Positions 62,048 to 64,000 of a DNA stretch of 64,000 nucleotides are shown in pieces. The notes below the pieces were generated by a model, which was not told where the DNA came from, did no database searches, and saw only the letters and a program-made list of their open reading frames with translations. The stretch's first letter is position 1. The number at the start of each line of letters is the position of its first letter. A program made the position numbers and the translations under genes. The stretch spans positions 13,904 to 77,903 of the forward strand of contig JAOTVR010000001.1 in assembly GCA_029863305.1 (NCBI GenBank), in the 5' to 3' direction. Source of the stretch: Gammaproteobacteria bacterium. Its GTDB lineage: Bacteria; Pseudomonadota; Gammaproteobacteria; Steroidobacterales; Woeseiaceae.

Positions 62048-64000
62048 GCTGAATGAGCGAGTAACTCGTCGAAGAGGTGCGAAATCAGCACGCAGCCCCG
62101 CAGCGAGAGATGATGATCATCCCGGTACAGCGGCGTCGCATCGACGACAATGCGGCAGTGTTGCTCATCACATAACAGCTGCGACGGATCAATGACCGTG
62201 ACGGTCGATTGCGTGCGCAACGCGTCGAATACACGGGTCGCCTCTGCATTGCGTTCACGATACTCCCCGGTTGTTGGCGCGATCATCGCATTGACGTCGC
62301 GACCGGTCAGTCTCGCCGCATAACTTGCAGAGGGAACGTCGTGTCCCACCTCCGGGACTTGTGTTACCAGCACGACATTCTTGCCGCGCTCGCTCAGCGC
62401 CGTGACTGTGCGTCGCAATCCACGCTCGAACACGGCCGCATTGCCGGTACTCGCCGAGGCATCCACTCCCAGATCGGCCAGCGTCACGGAATCGCCCGGC
62501 TCATTCTTGTAGCGCGTCCCGCTTGTGGAAAAAGCCCAGCGTGCCGCCAGAATCACAGTCTCGATATCCGGACGAGCGGCAAGGTAGGCGAGAATCGACT
62601 GGTTGAACTCGTGACACGACGTCTCGCCTCGCCGATCGACCGACAACAGCGGCGGACACGCCGTGCGCACGGCCAGCAGCCCGGCAACGCCATTTCTTTG
62701 TGCGCTGAGATTGATCGCGCTCGCCATCGCGAGCGCGTGCGAATCGCCCCAGAACATGAAACTCGGCGGCACCTGCTCTGCACCGATAGCACACAGCTCG
62801 GGAACGGGGATGTCTTTCTCGCCAGCCTCTTCGCAGTTTTTCCAGTGCTGCCAACCGGGATCGGCAGCGATAATTTCGCTCAACGGCGTCGCGGCGTCCC
62901 TGCCCGGAAATCCCTTCATCAGAACCACGGAAAGACTGGTGCCGATCAGGACGACCGAGACGGCTGCAAAAACGGTAAACAGGCGTTCCCGCGGGCCGAA
63001 CAAGCGCCGATTCCTGAACGGTGTCTCGACGAAGCGCCAGGACAGCGTCGACAGCAGCAAAATGACCAGCAGGATCACCCCCGATTCGAGGTCGGTCCAC
63101 TCGTTGATCAGGTATTGTTTGGCGAAGACCACGATGGGCCAATGCCAAAGGTAAAGCGAATACGAAATCAGCCCGACAAATACCATCGGTCTGATGCCCA
63201 GCGCACGATTGACGAAGGTTTTGCCCCCCGAACCGGCGTGAATAATGAATGCCGTTCCAAGCGTGGGCAATGCGGCCGCAGCGCCTGGAAAGCGGGTCTC
63301 CGGCGTGTAGACGAACACGCTGGTCAGCATCAGGGACGCGCCGAGCAGCGCCAGAGCATTGCGCATCCCCGGCCCGGCAGGCTTCGGCACCAGCCGCAAC
63401 GCCAGTACACTGCCAATCAGCAGTTCCCAGGCTCTGAATGGGATCAGGTAGAACGCTGCCGGTGCATTACTGCGCGTCCAGATAATGCAGGCCAGCAGCG
63501 AAACGACGCCCAGTGAAATCAGCCAGACCCCGAATCTGGCAGAGTGTCGCTTCGCGATGAACATCAGAAGAAACGGAAAGAAAATGTAGTATTGCTCTTC
63601 GACCGCGAGCGACCAGGTATGTAACAGTGGCTTCAGCTCGGAGGAGCCTTCGAAGTAACCCGAGCCGAGAAAGAAGAATATGTTGGACGAAAACACCGAC
63701 GTTGCGGCGGCGCTGCGACCCAACTCCTCGAGCTGTGCCGGGCTCAGCAGTACCAGGCCGAGCAGTAATGTCGCAACGACCACCACGGTCAAGGCCGGCA
63801 ATATTCTCCTTACCCGGCGCTCGTAGAATCGCGCAATCGAAAACTCACCGGCTGCAAGCTCACGGACGATAATCGAAGTGATCAGGTAACCCGAGATGAC
63901 GAAGAAGATATCTACCCCGACATAACCACCACTGAACCGCGCCACGCCCATGTGGTAAAACAGGATGGACAGGACCGCCACTGCTCGCAGTCCATCAATG
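62020..64000 (-). CDS. Acyltransferase-3 family membrane O-acyltransferase with C-terminal SGNH-like domain (OafA/YrhL-like); the 5' end lies beyond the right window edge
   Basis: Reading the reverse strand past the ORF-track start gives ...IDGLRAVAVLSILFYH, the family N-terminal motif, so the true start is outside the window. There are about 10 TM spans, then a soluble domain with FMFWGDSHA. The 3' end overlaps the convergent receptor gene by 28 nt. Confidence 0.85.
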   Translation of the reverse strand, partial: IDGLRAVAVLSILFYHMGVARFSGGYVGVDIFFVISGYLITSIIVRELAAGEFSIARFYERRVRRILPALTVVVVATLLLGLVLLSPAQLEELGRSAAATSVFSSNIFFFLGSGYFEGSSELKPLLHTWSLAVEEQYYIFFPFLLMFIAKRHSARFGVWLISLGVVSLLACIIWTRSNAPAAFYLIPFRAWELLIGSVLALRLVPKPAGPGMRNALALLGASLMLTSVFVYTPETRFPGAAAALPTLGTAFIIHAGSGGKTFVNRALGIRPMVFVGLISYSLYLWHWPIVVFAKQYLINEWTDLESGVILLVILLLSTLSWRFVETPFRNRRLFGPRERLFTVFAAVSVVLIGTSLSVVLMKGFPGRDAATPLSEIIAADPGWQHWKNCEEAGEKDIPVPELCAIGAEQVPPSFMFWGDSHALAMASAINLSAQRNGVAGLLAVRTACPPLLSVDRRGETSCHEFNQSILAYLAARPDIETVILAARWAFSTSGTRYKNEPGDSVTLADLGVDASASTGNAAVFERGLRRTVTALSERGKNVVLVTQVPEVGHDVPSASYAARLTGRDVNAMIAPTTGEYRERNAEATRVFDALRTQSTVTVIDPSQLLCDEQHCRIVVDATPLYRDDHHLSLRGCVLISHLFDELLAHSAQSRNVTPR

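Noticed and set aside
59996-63516. Long antisense ORFs 59996..61072 (-) and 62209..63516 (+); likewise 10219..11058, 20284..21093, 25632..26324, 54313..55146, 55077..55946 and 57933..58682
   Set aside because: Each is antisense to a gene with unambiguous family motifs (TonB-dependent receptor, acyltransferase, TPR-sulfotransferase, amidohydrolase, desaturase, DHDPS, FAH, Amt), and each translates to a low-complexity Arg-rich sequence.
1-64000. Searched for mobile elements, a CRISPR array, tRNA/rRNA genes, toxin-antitoxin pairs, restriction-modification genes and other defence genes
   Set aside because: None of these was found: no transposase, integrase or recombinase-like ORF; no spaced direct-repeat array; no long non-coding gap (the largest gaps are about 240 nt); no nuclease, helicase or methylase signatures; and no small paired ORFs typical of TA modules. 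Base composition looks uniform apart from short AT-rich promoters, so I see no evidence of recent horizontal insertion.

Overview
This is a visibly GC-rich, very densely coding chromosomal segment. It reads as a catabolic and uptake neighbourhood of an aerobic, probably marine or aquatic gammaproteobacterium; that taxonomic guess is an inference from gene content only. I support about 57 protein-coding genes. Two of them are cut by the window edges, and one of those (the TonB-dependent receptor at 1..897) is absent from the supplied ORF track. I found no rRNA, tRNA, CRISPR array, transposase, integrase, phage gene or recognisable defence gene, so this is not an obvious mobile or defence island.

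Main content:
- Three TonB-dependent receptors, two of them directly preceded by a sulfotransferase gene.
- An AbfD-type 4-hydroxybutyryl-CoA dehydratase-like operon.
- Six FAD amine-oxidase-like genes: 2 PuuB-like, 1 DAO-like and 3 CrtI/COG1233-like.
- An operon of two 2OG-oxygenase-like genes, an MTHFR-like gene and a TPR-sulfotransferase, ending in a receptor.
- A six-gene operon in which every junction overlaps (27.4-36.0 kb): class-III aminotransferase, two CrtI-like flavoproteins, a GcvT-like aminomethyltransferase, an ADP-forming acyl-CoA synthetase and a TIM-barrel isomerase. It faces a TetR / acyl-CoA dehydrogenase / PotFGHI-like importer operon.
- A GbcA/CntA/Stc2-type Rieske oxygenase, and an M20 peptidase coupled to an unknown P-loop protein.
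- A rhombotarget-type lipoprotein with a GlyGly-CTERM tail.
- A hybrid LigAB/hpa-type aromatic meta-cleavage cluster with two HpaR paralogues.
- An ammonium transporter and an OafA-like acyltransferase.

The best candidate for an undescribed system is the 27.4-47.3 kb amine and methyl-group catabolic island, especially the six-gene operon. I cannot deduce its substrate from the sequence. All functional calls rest on motifs read by eye and on recalled family signatures. No database search was run.
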